NCBI GenBank assembly: GCA_003241965.1
Contig: QBMB01000001.1
Span: 231,068-295,067 of the forward strand
DNA from: Burkholderiales bacterium
Lineage (GTDB): Bacteria; Pseudomonadota; Gammaproteobacteria; Burkholderiales; Burkholderiaceae_C
Direction: 5' to 3'
DNA: 64,000 nt
Below, piece by piece: positions 1 through 9,441 of the stretch. The first letter of the stretch is position 1; every line of letters begins with the position of its first letter. Made by a program: the position numbers and the translations under genes. The notes beneath the pieces are model-generated. The model was given only the letters and a program-made list of their open reading frames with translations. It made no database searches and had not been told where the DNA came from.

Positions 1-1
1 C

Positions 2-349
2 TTGGCATCGCAGGTTCGCATCAGCGACCTGATCGAAGCCTCGCAGAAGGAACTCGACGCTGCGGAAGAAGCTGCGAAGGCAGCCGCCCAGGCCGCCAAG
101 ACAACCGCTTCGAAGGCGCCTGCCAAGGCAACCTCGGGCGCGCGCACCGCGACGCCTGCGACGACGAAGAAGCCTCGCAACATGGCCGATGGGCTGATGG
201 ACGAGGACGACGAAGCGGACGACACCGGTTCGGGCGGACCCACCGGCAACGGTGGTGGTGCCGAAGAAGGTGCTCCGGTCAACGGTGGCGGTGCAGTGGA
301 GGACAAGACCACTGCCAGCACCGGTGAACTCAGCGCAGCGTTGTTCTGA
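2..349 (+). CDS. PRTRC system protein E, C-terminal part (5'-truncated by window edge)
   Basis: Low-complexity Ala/Lys/Thr then Asp/Gly tail ending in LF, directly upstream of PRTRC protein C. Assigned from position and composition only. Confidence 0.55.
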   Translation: MASQVRISDLIEASQKELDAAEEAAKAAAQAAKTTASKAPAKATSGARTATPATTKKPRNMADGLMDEDDEADDTGSGGPTGNGGGAEEGAPVNGGGAVEDKTTASTGELSAALF

Positions 350-363
350 ACGGGAGAGAGAGC

Positions 364-780
364 ATGCAAGTACTCAATCTCGTCCGCAAGTTCAAGTACA
401 ACTCGGTGACGCTGCCTGACCCGAACGATTCGATGGCACCCGACCAGGTGCGCGAGTTCTACGCAACCCAGTACCCCGAGCTGAACAACGCGATGCTCGA
501 AGGCCCGGTAACCGCAAACGGAGTGTCCACCTGGACGTTCATGCGGGCAGCTGGCGCCAAGGGTCGTATCAAAGCGCCTGTGCAGACTCAAACCTGCGAT
601 GCGCGTGAACTGATCATGAAGGCGGTGGCCTCCGGTGCTGCCGGCGCTTCATCTCCCTCCCTTGCACCTGTGCGCGAAAGCGCCCAGTTCACGGGGCGGT
701 TGGTGAAAGTGCTCGCGACGCGGGATACCAGCGGCCGCGCCATGAGCCTCCCCTCATCTGCCTTCGGCATGTGGGGGTAA
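364..780 (+). CDS. PRTRC system protein C, ubiquitin-like (Prok-Ub) with C-terminal extension
   Basis: RKFKYNSVTLPDP...QVREFYATQYPELNNAMLEGP...TFMRAAGAKG matches the PRTRC-C pattern; 71 extra residues follow GAKG. RBS-like GGAGAG upstream. Confidence 0.85.
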   Translation: MQVLNLVRKFKYNSVTLPDPNDSMAPDQVREFYATQYPELNNAMLEGPVTANGVSTWTFMRAAGAKGRIKAPVQTQTCDARELIMKAVASGAAGASSPSLAPVRESAQFTGRLVKVLATRDTSGRAMSLPSSAFGMWG

Positions 781-795
781 GGAACCACAAAACTG

Positions 796-829
796 AAAAG
801 GCCCACGTCGTCATGACGCGGGCCTTTTT
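796..829 (+). terminator. Intrinsic terminator (possibly bidirectional)
   Basis: AAAAGGCCC..GCGGGCCTTTTT hairpin with A and T tracts after the C gene. Confidence 0.75.
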
Positions 830-945
830 CTTTGGGCGTTCGCTTACGGAGTTTCGTACCTTACGGTCTTCCGTTGCCTACGGCGGATCGTAGGCACCAT
901 CCCTCGGCAGACGGGCGCAGCGTCGGGGGTCAATGCTTTTCACGT

Positions 946-1000
946 TGAGAATCTTGCCAAACGCGTGAGAATTTGCCAAATGATCTGAGAACAGTTGGGC
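946..1000. repeat. Three direct repeats at exact 20-bp period (TGAGAA-initiated)
   Basis: TGAGAATCTTGCCAAACGCG (946), TGAGAATTTGCCAAATGATC (966), TGAGAACAG (986). Confidence 0.65.
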
Positions 1001-1288
1001 TGTGTCTGCGACCGCAAGAAGGTGCCGTCAGGGGGCGGCGCCAGTCACGTTGATCGGGCTGGCATGGACTTTTCGGACAGGCATTCTCACTGCCTACGGC
1101 ATTTTTCTCAGTTTTCATGGCAATGGTCAGGCTGGTCCGCATCCTTTGACGCCGGCGGACGGGCAGACGAAAATCAAGGCGTTTTCGCAAATTGCGATCT
1201 CGTGCTGCGCTTAGACGCAGCGCCTCAACCAACCCTACGGGAATCAACTTCCCAGTAGGGCAAGTGGGTTCCCGCACCTGGAGAACCC

Positions 1289-2410
1289 ATGGAAACAGCA
1301 GAACTCACCCGTGGCGCCTCGGCGTCGCATGGCTTGTTCGCACTGCCGGCCATCTCGCAGGAGATTCCGGTGGTCATCGAGGAGGCCTCAGAGCGCTCCC
1401 GTGTTATCGCGCGTTTCGCGCTGGCCAGCGAAGCCCAAGGGCTGCAGCTGCCCGGTGGCAACTTCACGCGCCTTGAAGAGGTGGTGGCCCAGCAGTGGAA
1501 CCGCCACCTCGAAAACATCGCGGATCACTTTGGCGAAACTTTGCTCGGTAGCCCGAGCCTGGTGGTAACCGATGAGGATCTGACGGTCCTGATCAATGCC
1601 CGAGCCGGCATTGACACTTTCCGACTCAAGCCCGTGATCGAGGCGCTGGAGCAATCCCTTCCCGGTCTCGGCTGGTTCGTGGTGGATGTTCTCGGCAGTG
1701 CCCGGTGCGCTGGATTGTTCTTCTACGACATGACCATGGTGGCCTACCACCTGGACTATCGCTTGAGCGATCTGGACGAATTCACCGATCAGGCCTACGC
1801 GCGCGTCATCCTCGCCGAAGAGGGTGATCGTGAATACGAAGACGAAACCGAGGTGTCTCCCGAGCAGATCGAGGAGATGCGCCAGTCGTACCAGTTCTGG
1901 CCTTCGCAGATCCTCGAAGCCGTTGGCGGCCACATCCACCTCTTGGGGTTGGGTGGCATATCCATCAGCAAGAAGACGGCCGTCATTCCCCGCAAACGCA
2001 TCTCAACGGCGCGCGTGAGGAAGTGGCTCAAGGACAACGCAGAAGACGCAGGAGCCTCCTGCATTCGCGCGGCATTGGACCTGAACAAGGCGCTGGAAGC
2101 CAAAGACTCACCTGACTTCAGTTTCTACGTTCGTGAAGACGACGTTGAGTCGATTGGAGCCATGTGCTTCATTGCCTGGGATGCCCCCGATTTGGTGTGG
2201 GACGCGTGTGGCCACGCAGAAGAGATGGCCTACAACTCCAGCGAAGTCGTCGAGGCATATGCCCGCAAAACCTATCCCCTCAGTGGCGGCATCACCGATC
2301 AGCAACTCGCTGAACTGGTGAAAGACACCATGGAGTACCTCAACCGATGGCACCTGCTCGAAAAGCTCGTGTCGCACTTTCCATCAGCGAGAGATGACGA
2401 TGAAACTTGA
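1289..2410 (+). CDS. PRTRC system protein F
   Basis: 373-aa ORF immediately before and overlapping PRTRC-B; FRLKPVIEALEQSLPGLGW segment and position fit protein F. Confidence 0.75.
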   Translation: METAELTRGASASHGLFALPAISQEIPVVIEEASERSRVIARFALASEAQGLQLPGGNFTRLEEVVAQQWNRHLENIADHFGETLLGSPSLVVTDEDLTVLINARAGIDTFRLKPVIEALEQSLPGLGWFVVDVLGSARCAGLFFYDMTMVAYHLDYRLSDLDEFTDQAYARVILAEEGDREYEDETEVSPEQIEEMRQSYQFWPSQILEAVGGHIHLLGLGGISISKKTAVIPRKRISTARVRKWLKDNAEDAGASCIRAALDLNKALEAKDSPDFSFYVREDDVESIGAMCFIAWDAPDLVWDACGHAEEMAYNSSEVVEAYARKTYPLSGGITDQQLAELVKDTMEYLNRWHLLEKLVSHFPSARDDDET

Positions 2411-3158
2411 AGTAAACAGCTACGGCGAGAGCTATGCGCTCAAGCACGCTCTACTCGTGTACGAGTCGCCGGGCAACCAGGCGTCATACGCCACGAAACA
2501 TCCCGTTCAGACCATCGACGGCAAGCCGATGATCCGACCGGGTGCACCGCTGACCGAGGGCGACTACAAGGCGCTGATCGAGGGCCTCAAGCCCAAGGAT
2601 CGGCCAACCATTGAGTGGAACGACCCCACCATTCTCGCAAAGGGCATGGGCAGGCTGATTTGGTGGACCTCGGCGCGCAAGCGGCCGATGTTCTTCAGGT
2701 CCAGCTCGCACGCTGCCATGAAGGTGGATGGCAAGAACATCTGTCCCAACCCGGGGCTGGTGTTCATGGCTGGACCTCGCACGCTGCACATCTTCGCCTT
2801 CAAGGGTGAAGCCGCACCGGTCAAGACCACCAAGCTGTATCAGGCCCCGTTCTTCAACGTGTGGTCCGACGGCAAGGTGTGCTCCGGCAACGCGACCCTC
2901 CCTGAGGAGGATCAGCGCAACGACAGGGATGCATGGGAGCGGTTCTTTTTTGGATCGCACTTCACGCACCCGAACTTCGGTCAAAAGGACAGGCTGACCC
3001 TCGGGGTTGAGCCCTGCGCCTTCTGGCAGAAGCAACTCAACCGACCCACCAAGGCGTTCCCCGAGAGCGTGCTGGTGGACATCAACCTCACTGTCAACGA
3101 TCTGTTGGCACTCGACTTTTACGAGCGCCCGCATGTTCGGGCCCAAGGAGAATTCTGA
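2394..3158 (+). CDS. PRTRC system protein B (prokaryotic E2 family D)
   Basis: TKLYQAPFFNVWSDGKVCSGN with candidate catalytic Cys; WERFFFGSHFTHPN. Confidence 0.85.
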   Translation: MTMKLEVNSYGESYALKHALLVYESPGNQASYATKHPVQTIDGKPMIRPGAPLTEGDYKALIEGLKPKDRPTIEWNDPTILAKGMGRLIWWTSARKRPMFFRSSSHAAMKVDGKNICPNPGLVFMAGPRTLHIFAFKGEAAPVKTTKLYQAPFFNVWSDGKVCSGNATLPEEDQRNDRDAWERFFFGSHFTHPNFGQKDRLTLGVEPCAFWQKQLNRPTKAFPESVLVDINLTVNDLLALDFYERPHVRAQGEF

Positions 3159-3784
3159 TGAACAACATGGACAAGGCGATCCTGAATGCCTTTCCCCTTG
3201 TGGCCGTTCCGACCTCGGAGCCGCTGCCAGGACACACCCAATGTGGAACCCGCTATCTGGTCGGCAAGGCTGGCCTGATGCGCGAGATCACACTGCCCTG
3301 GATTCGTCTGGTGCACCCGGTGGCCACGTGCGATGCCGACATCACGCTGCCCTACGGGCCGATGGAGAGTTCGGTCGAAATGTGGTGCTCTGAAGTGCCG
3401 GCCGAGCTGATCCGTCAATTCACCGCCGACGCGCGCCAGGCGCTGCCCAATGAAATCGCAGCTGCCCTGATCTGGAACTCGACCATCGATGTGTGGCGGT
3501 ACGAAATCCGACGCAGCCTTCGGGCCACGCCGGGCTACGTGTCGTTCGAGGAGGTAAGGCTTGAGGATGACGAGCACCTGGTTGTGGACATCCACAGCCA
3601 CGGCTCGGCCAGGGCCTTCTTCTCCAGCACGGATGACCAAGACGACTTCGGGTCCATGAAGTTCAGCGTCGTGCTGGGCAACCTCGACAAGCCAACGCCC
3701 AGTTCAGCCATCCGGCTGTGCGTGGCGGGGCGCTACTTTCCAGCGTCGATCAACGAGCTGGGCGTGCTGGGGGTGGTCCTGTGA
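3158..3784 (+). CDS. PRTRC system protein A (JAB/MPN+ metallopeptidase)
   Basis: E (PNEIAA) plus DIHSHGSARAFFSSTDDQDD, an intact JAMM motif; TGATG coupling on both sides. Confidence 0.9.
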   Translation: MNNMDKAILNAFPLVAVPTSEPLPGHTQCGTRYLVGKAGLMREITLPWIRLVHPVATCDADITLPYGPMESSVEMWCSEVPAELIRQFTADARQALPNEIAAALIWNSTIDVWRYEIRRSLRATPGYVSFEEVRLEDDEHLVVDIHSHGSARAFFSSTDDQDDFGSMKFSVVLGNLDKPTPSSAIRLCVAGRYFPASINELGVLGVVL

Positions 3785-4653
3785 TGGATACCAAAATGCA
3801 CGTACTCGAAGCGAAGCTGCTGACCCGAACCGTCAAAGTCCTCCTTGTGGGGGCAGGCGGAACAGGCAGCCGCATGCTGGAGAAGCTGGTGGCATTGCAC
3901 CGTGCGCTCAAGGCCAAGGGTCACCCCGGCGGCCTTCATGTGATGGTGGTCGATCCGGACACGGTGTCTGCGGCGAACATCGGCCGTCAGGCCTTCTACC
4001 CGCCTGACATCGGCAGCTACAAGTGCGATGTCCTGGTGAACCGGGCCAACATGGCGCTTGAGAACGTCCAGTGGGAAGCGGAGCCGGCGATGCTGGACAC
4101 CCGCTCCCGTCTGGAGGGTTTTGACCTGGTCATCGGCGCTGTGGACAACCGTGCAGCTCGACTCGCGATCCTCAGGGGATTGGAGAACTGCTCCAGCGGA
4201 ACCCGCTACTGGCTGGACACGGGCAATCGATCGCATGACGGCCAAGTGGTGCTGGGTCAGGTCACCTCGCGCAACAAGTCCAAAGACGATCCAATGCGTT
4301 TGCCGCACATCGCAGAGTTCTACCCGGAGCTCATCGATTCGGCAGCTGAGGATCAGGACAACACGCCATCGTGCTCGTTGGCTGAGGCGCTGGACAAACA
4401 GAGCCTGTACATCAACAGCGCGGTGTCGGACTTCGCAGCGAACTTGCTGTGGATGCTGTTCACCGATGGCCGTCTGGACACGCAGGGCGCGTTCATCAAC
4501 CTGAAAAGGATGATGGTCACACCCCTCCGCGTGGACCCTGAGGTGTGGAGCCGCTTCGGCATCGTGCGCGATGGCAAGCGCCACAAGGTCGAGCGCCCGT
4601 CCGTCAAGGTGCGGCGCGCGCGAAAGCAACAGGAGACAGCCGTCGAGGCTTGA
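3784..4653 (+). CDS. PRTRC system ThiF/E1-like activating enzyme
   Basis: VLLVGAGGTGS, DPDTVSAANIGRQ, GAVDN and PSCSLAEAL (catalytic Cys). ATG at 3784 overlaps the stop of protein A. Confidence 0.9.
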   Translation: MDTKMHVLEAKLLTRTVKVLLVGAGGTGSRMLEKLVALHRALKAKGHPGGLHVMVVDPDTVSAANIGRQAFYPPDIGSYKCDVLVNRANMALENVQWEAEPAMLDTRSRLEGFDLVIGAVDNRAARLAILRGLENCSSGTRYWLDTGNRSHDGQVVLGQVTSRNKSKDDPMRLPHIAEFYPELIDSAAEDQDNTPSCSLAEALDKQSLYINSAVSDFAANLLWMLFTDGRLDTQGAFINLKRMMVTPLRVDPEVWSRFGIVRDGKRHKVERPSVKVRRARKQQETAVEA

Positions 4654-4684
4654 TCTTCACACCGCCATCGAGCGGTATCAACTG

Positions 4685-4721
4685 AAAAGGCCTGCCGCTT
4701 CACAAGCGGCGGGCCTTTTTT
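4685..4721 (+). terminator. Intrinsic terminator ending the PRTRC operon
   Basis: AAAAGGCCTGCCGCTT-CAC-AAGCGGCGGGCCTTTTTT. Confidence 0.8.
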
Positions 4722-4955
4722 CTCGAGTGCGAGTCGACTGTTGTTCTGAAGATGATCTCACCGGCTCGCTGAAGTCTCTCTTCGGGCCAACGCTTCAGAA
4801 TATAGCTATGACCATCAACGAAACCATCCCTCACACGTCGGGCGAGCGTGGACGCCCACCTGAGAACCGGCTTCAACATGCCTCATCGTCACGCGCGTTA
4901 CGGCCATTTAAGTAGGCGATCTCAAATTCATTGCGGCTAACCAAAGGGCCCACTC

Positions 4956-5663
4956 ATGGCACTGTTGAAACATTCCCATCTTTTGTTTTACCCAAACAAA
5001 GAAAGTCCCAGGGATAACTCAATCAGCGGACATTTTCTCTGCGGAATTTACAGTGCTAAGCCTGTCGAAAAGACTGCAAGGGTTAAAGGGCCCTTAATTG
5101 ACTGGTTTTTTAAGCGCACACAAGACTTACCTGTTCAATACCCTGAATTTGAATTTCTCGCGGCTGCGCAGGTACAAGATGTGGACAACGTGCTGGTGGT
5201 TAACAACATTGCAGCGCTGAAAAAACATGGACCTTTGATGTACGCCAGTCTGCTCCACTTTGCGCGCGATGAAGGCTATAAAGGAATCAGGCCAACATTA
5301 AAACCTGACGATATCTTGAAGAAGCCGAGGGAAATTTGGGAGAAGTTCTCGACCGATCCGTTTTATTCGGGAAAGGTGGTTTTGAAATCAGAAAACCAGT
5401 TGTTGGAAGATTCCGAAAAACAGTCGGGTAAGTACTCAAGTGAACAAAAGCCTATTCTTTCCAGATGGAAACATCCGGAAGATTGGCTTAACAAGATCTA
5501 TCAACTTCAACCTGGATCTCACTTGGTTGATTTGGCCCATATGCGCAAGAACGCCGAGGCCTACTGGAAACACTGGGAGTCGACTGGTAGAAGCGAGGAG
5601 TCCCTTGATGACTTCGCCCAGAAACTGGTCCGGTTAAGTATTGATGCTCACAAGAACAAATGA
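4956..5663 (+). CDS. Hypothetical protein, AT-richer than flanks, possible GNAT-like fold
   Basis: 235-aa ORF with visibly higher A/T content. VNNIAALKKHGPLMYASLLHFARDEGYKGI resembles GNAT motif A (inference). Confidence 0.6.
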   Translation: MALLKHSHLLFYPNKESPRDNSISGHFLCGIYSAKPVEKTARVKGPLIDWFFKRTQDLPVQYPEFEFLAAAQVQDVDNVLVVNNIAALKKHGPLMYASLLHFARDEGYKGIRPTLKPDDILKKPREIWEKFSTDPFYSGKVVLKSENQLLEDSEKQSGKYSSEQKPILSRWKHPEDWLNKIYQLQPGSHLVDLAHMRKNAEAYWKHWESTGRSEESLDDFAQKLVRLSIDAHKNK

Positions 5664-5695
5664 GTCAGCAACTCCACTTTTGTGGGCACCCCCAA

Positions 5696-6277
5696 TCAAC
5701 TCATCGTGATCTTGATTCTGGGCCACCAGTGATCTCCAGACTTTGCGAAGATTCGTGATCGCGCCGCGCCCTCTATGCGGGCTGCAACCACTTCAGCGCC
5801 CGTGCGAGCGGCCAGCCAGACCACCCCGGGCTTTTCAGGCTGGGGTGAGCCATCCGGACTGATCCCGCCCTCGGGGAAGATGAGCACGCTGCGGCCCGCG
5901 TTCAGGTGCCGCGCAAGCTTGCGCAGGCCTTGGGGAGTCGTCGAGTCCAGTGGCACCACCCAGCCGTAGCCCAGCCAGCACAGCAAGCTCATGCCTCGCG
6001 CGGCCCATGCGCACTTGACCGACCAGTCGGTGTCCACGCCCACGGCCAACGGTGTGGGGCTCACCAGCACGAGGAGCACGCCGTCCAGCAGACTGACATG
6101 GTTGGAGGTCAGGATCGCGCGTCCGCTCACAAGACGCTCGCGCGCCGGCGAGGCGATGTGGGCCCGCGCGCGCAGCGTAAGGGTCATTGCGGCCGAGATG
6201 AGCGTGCGCAGAGGGGCGAGGTAGCGCCAATGCGGCGGGTGCTTGCCGGCGGACGAAGAAGTAGCTTCCTGAGTCAT
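5696..6277 (-). CDS. PlsC-like (lysophospholipid) acyltransferase
   Basis: NHVSLLD (HxxxxD) and LIFPEGG motifs, KPGVVWLA block. Confidence 0.85.
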   Translation of the reverse strand: MTQEATSSSAGKHPPHWRYLAPLRTLISAAMTLTLRARAHIASPARERLVSGRAILTSNHVSLLDGVLLVLVSPTPLAVGVDTDWSVKCAWAARGMSLLCWLGYGWVVPLDSTTPQGLRKLARHLNAGRSVLIFPEGGISPDGSPQPEKPGVVWLAARTGAEVVAARIEGAARSRIFAKSGDHWWPRIKITMS

Positions 6278-6300
6278 GGGTTCAGTCTGGCAGGTGGTTT

Positions 6301-6510
6301 TCAGTTTTCAAGAGGAGAGAGGGGCTTGACCATCCAGGCGCTGTACCAACCGTTGACCGGAACTTTGCCGTCCTGGTAGACGCTCCAGCCTTTCGCCGTG
6401 GCCTTGCTGACCATCAGCTGCCATTCTTCAAGGTTGTCGGCCTCCAGGACCAGCAGGCGGTGATGGAGCCTGTCGTGGGAGATTTCACCGACTTCCTGAG
6501 TCCTGCGCAT
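6301..6510 (-). CDS. Small 69-aa protein, DUF1737-like
   Basis: ATG overlaps the uvrD stop (TGATG). RLLVLEADNLEEWQLMVSKATAKGWSVY...WMVK resembles DUF1737 (inference). Confidence 0.55.
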   Translation of the reverse strand: MRRTQEVGEISHDRLHHRLLVLEADNLEEWQLMVSKATAKGWSVYQDGKVPVNGWYSAWMVKPLSPLEN

Positions 6511-8288
6511 CAGTTGCCCTTGAGGAAGGCCTCCGAGGCTTGTGCAAACTGATTCTCGATGGGGATTCGAGCCTCGGTGATGGTGGCGTGGGGCTTGCCG
6601 CTGAACCAGACCATGAGACGGTTCTTCGGGCGCGTGAGAGCCACGTACATCAGGCGGCGCTCCGCCTCGTAGTTCACCACGCTGGAGTCGTTGTCGGTGG
6701 CACTGGCGTCGATCACGTGAACGCTCTCGAATTCCAGGCCTTTGGAGCCGTGCATGGTCATCAGCAGCAAGGGGTCCTTGTTTTCGGAACGAGACTTCGT
6801 GGTCACCAAGCGCAGCCGACTGGACAGGGTGCCGTTGAGGTTGCTCAAGATGCCCGCGCAGGTGTTGACCAGTTTCGCAGGGTTCGGCTTGCCCATCCAC
6901 ATCGCGTACAGGTCGCCCACCTCGATGATCACCTCACGCACGGAGCCGCCGGTGCCGGTTGCGTTGGGGCGAAGCTGGTTGCGCCAGTAGGCACAGCTGT
7001 TCGCGAGATCCTGCAGCTTCTTGCGCTCGGCCGCCTCCATGCCGGGTAGCTCTGGAACGGCGCCGTCAAGAAACGAGCCTGCGTGGCCGTCCATCTCGCG
7101 CAGCAGAGCTGACTTTGTGCCCTCTTCGATGCCGTGGTAGCGCAGGACGCTCAGCACGCCCACCGTGGAGTTGTCATAGAGGGACTGCAGGAACGAGAGG
7201 TATCCCGCGATGACGGGGTTTTCCCAGATGCTCTTGCCGATGCGGCGGTATTCCACCTGACGGGCGCGCAACTCCATCTCCAGCAGGTCCAGGGAGAGGT
7301 TCTGGCGCGCGAGGATGGCTGCGTCGCTGTGCTTTTCAGGGTTGGCTCCGATGAGCGTGGCCAGGGCCACGGCCTGCTGCTCGGCGCTGGCGGTGCGGTA
7401 GGCCACGATGCTGCCGCCCTTGCCGCGGCGCGCGACCAGCGTCTTGCCCAGCCGCTTCTTGTTCAGCTCGACCAGGGTGACGGCATGGAACAGGATCTCC
7501 GAGCGGCAGCGGAAGTTGTCGCCCAGCTCGATGCGTCGCGCGCTGAACGTGTCCATGAAGTCCTTCATGCCCACATACCCAAGGGCTTGCCGCCACTCAT
7601 AGATCGACTGATCGTCATCGCCCACGATGGTGACTTTGCAGCCAGCGCGCGCGTGCGCAAAGATCCAGTGCTTCTGAAGGTCGTCGGTGTCCTGCCCCTC
7701 GTCCACGAGCATGTCCGTGAAGGGCATGGGCGGAATCTGACCGGCGTGCACCTTGAGGGCGCAGTCGCGCATGATCGAGTACAAGTCAGTCTGGCCGGTG
7801 TCGCGCAGCAACTCGTTGTAGCGCTGAATCGCCCGACTCACGTCCGATGGCAGTTCGAGTTGCGTCCGGTCGACGGCGTACATGTAGCGCTCGAACATCT
7901 GCCGAGCCTCCTTCGGATCGGAGTCCCGAAGACAGGCAAACATCGCATCGTTGAGCAACAGGTTCTGGTGCGCGGGGCTCAGCACTCTCTGGCGGTTCAC
8001 GTGGCGAGACAGGTGCTTGATGGCGATGCTGTGGAACGTGGCGATGATCAGGCGATCCTCACCGAAGGGCGCGCCGCCCGCCTTCTCCTGTGCAGCGTCC
8101 AGTCGACGACGCATCTCCACGGCTCCTTCCTTCGTGAAGGTCACCATGATCAGGCTGCGCTTGGGGTCGCGCAGAATGCGCAGCGCTTTGGCAACTGAAG
8201 TGGTTGTCTTGCCCGATCCGGGCCCTGCGACGATCAGCAGGTGTCCGTCGTGGTCAATCGCCTGCTGCTGGTTGGGGGTGAATGCCAT
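6510..8288 (-). CDS. UvrD/Rep-family SF1 helicase
   Basis: AGPGSGKTT, LVDEGQDT, VGDDDQSIYEWR, NFRC, MTMHGSKGLEFESV, ERRLMYVALTR. Confidence 0.95.
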   Translation of the reverse strand: MAFTPNQQQAIDHDGHLLIVAGPGSGKTTTSVAKALRILRDPKRSLIMVTFTKEGAVEMRRRLDAAQEKAGGAPFGEDRLIIATFHSIAIKHLSRHVNRQRVLSPAHQNLLLNDAMFACLRDSDPKEARQMFERYMYAVDRTQLELPSDVSRAIQRYNELLRDTGQTDLYSIMRDCALKVHAGQIPPMPFTDMLVDEGQDTDDLQKHWIFAHARAGCKVTIVGDDDQSIYEWRQALGYVGMKDFMDTFSARRIELGDNFRCRSEILFHAVTLVELNKKRLGKTLVARRGKGGSIVAYRTASAEQQAVALATLIGANPEKHSDAAILARQNLSLDLLEMELRARQVEYRRIGKSIWENPVIAGYLSFLQSLYDNSTVGVLSVLRYHGIEEGTKSALLREMDGHAGSFLDGAVPELPGMEAAERKKLQDLANSCAYWRNQLRPNATGTGGSVREVIIEVGDLYAMWMGKPNPAKLVNTCAGILSNLNGTLSSRLRLVTTKSRSENKDPLLLMTMHGSKGLEFESVHVIDASATDNDSSVVNYEAERRLMYVALTRPKNRLMVWFSGKPHATITEARIPIENQFAQASEAFLKGN

Positions 8289-8358
8289 GCGGTGTCGTCT
8301 CGCGTTTCAGGTGCAGTGGTCGACGACATCAGGGGATGCCTTCTTGGGTTGCGGAATG

Positions 8359-8383
8359 AAAAAGGGCCGTGTCACCACGGCCC
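8359..8383 (-). terminator. Intrinsic terminator after the AcaB-like gene
   Basis: Minus strand GGGCCGTG-GTGA-CACGGCCCTTTTT. Confidence 0.7.
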
Positions 8384-8415
8384 CAAGTACGTATGCCCAC
8401 GTACACCCAAGAGAA

Positions 8416-9291
8416 TCAGGCGGCAGGGGTAGCGGCCTCAGCTGCTGCTGGCGCAGGCACCGGGGCTTTGGCCTTGGCCTTGCCCTTGTTGGTGGCCACG
8501 GATGCAGCTGCGGCGTCATCGATCAGCTTGGCGGGGTCCATGCCGCCCAGGTCCAGGCTGGCGTCAGCGTCAGAGCCGTCGTTGGCGGTGGCGGTGAACG
8601 CAGCGATTTCCTTGCCCTGCTGTTCGACGATGGCGGACATGCCTTCGTTGACCTTGCCACCGGTGCGCTGTTCCTGGATCACGCGCTGTGCTTCGCGGTA
8701 GATCTTGATCACTTCGGTCTGCATGATGGAGCGGAAGGCGCGCACGGCCTTCTTGCAGATGTACTCGGCCTGGGCGCGCTGCGTGGAGTCGATGACGCCC
8801 AGCAAGTTGGCGGTGCCGGCCAGCAGGTTCACGCGGTCCAGCGCCACCAGCAGCAGGAAGTAGGAGCGCGCGTGCGTGGCGATCACGGGGACGGTCAGCG
8901 TCACCGGGTTGGGGTAGAGGGTGCTTTCGAGCGACACGTTGTTCTGCGACAGCAACTTCTCCAGACGGGTGATGGTGTTGTCCATCAGGATGTTGATGTT
9001 GGCCAGCTTCTTCGTGATCACTTCGTTGTAGCGCGCCAGAACGTCCTGATTGAAGGAGGTCCAGCTGCGGTACTGGTATTCCAGGTACAGCTGCTTCGAC
9101 AGGTAGGCGTAGTCCTTTTTGTAGAAGCGGATCGAGGGAGGCGACTCCAGCGTCTCTTCATCCAGGAAGACGACGGGCGTCTGCAGGTTGTGGGCATAGT
9201 CATCGCCGAAGACCTGAACGAGCGCACCCTGCCGGTTGGCGAGTACTTTGTTGATGGCTTCGAGTTCTTCAAGGGACGGGGCTTGTGTCAT
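8416..9291 (-). CDS. AcaB/DUF1845-family conjugative-element protein
   Basis: RSYFLLLVALDRVNLLAGTANLLGVID..QRAQAEYICKKAVRAF resembles DUF1845. Start taken at ATG 9291 (MTQAPSLEELE). Confidence 0.65.
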   Translation of the reverse strand: MTQAPSLEELEAINKVLANRQGALVQVFGDDYAHNLQTPVVFLDEETLESPPSIRFYKKDYAYLSKQLYLEYQYRSWTSFNQDVLARYNEVITKKLANINILMDNTITRLEKLLSQNNVSLESTLYPNPVTLTVPVIATHARSYFLLLVALDRVNLLAGTANLLGVIDSTQRAQAEYICKKAVRAFRSIMQTEVIKIYREAQRVIQEQRTGGKVNEGMSAIVEQQGKEIAAFTATANDGSDADASLDLGGMDPAKLIDDAAAASVATNKGKAKAKAPVPAPAAAEAATPAA

Positions 9292-9441
9292 GCGGGGCTC
9301 TCCAGCGGGGTTGAAATGTGCTGAATTGACTTTAGGACGCGCATCTACAAACGAAGGGCGACCTAACTGCGGAGAAACCACCCGATATCAGCCGGACGAG
9401 AGCCTTGAACCCAGAAAAATGCGTGATAAGTTAGTTCCAAG

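Noticed and set aside
995-1258. Short ORFs between PRTRC C and F (995..1258, 1002..1214)
   Set aside because: No clear RBS or family motif, and they overlap the repeat/regulatory region.
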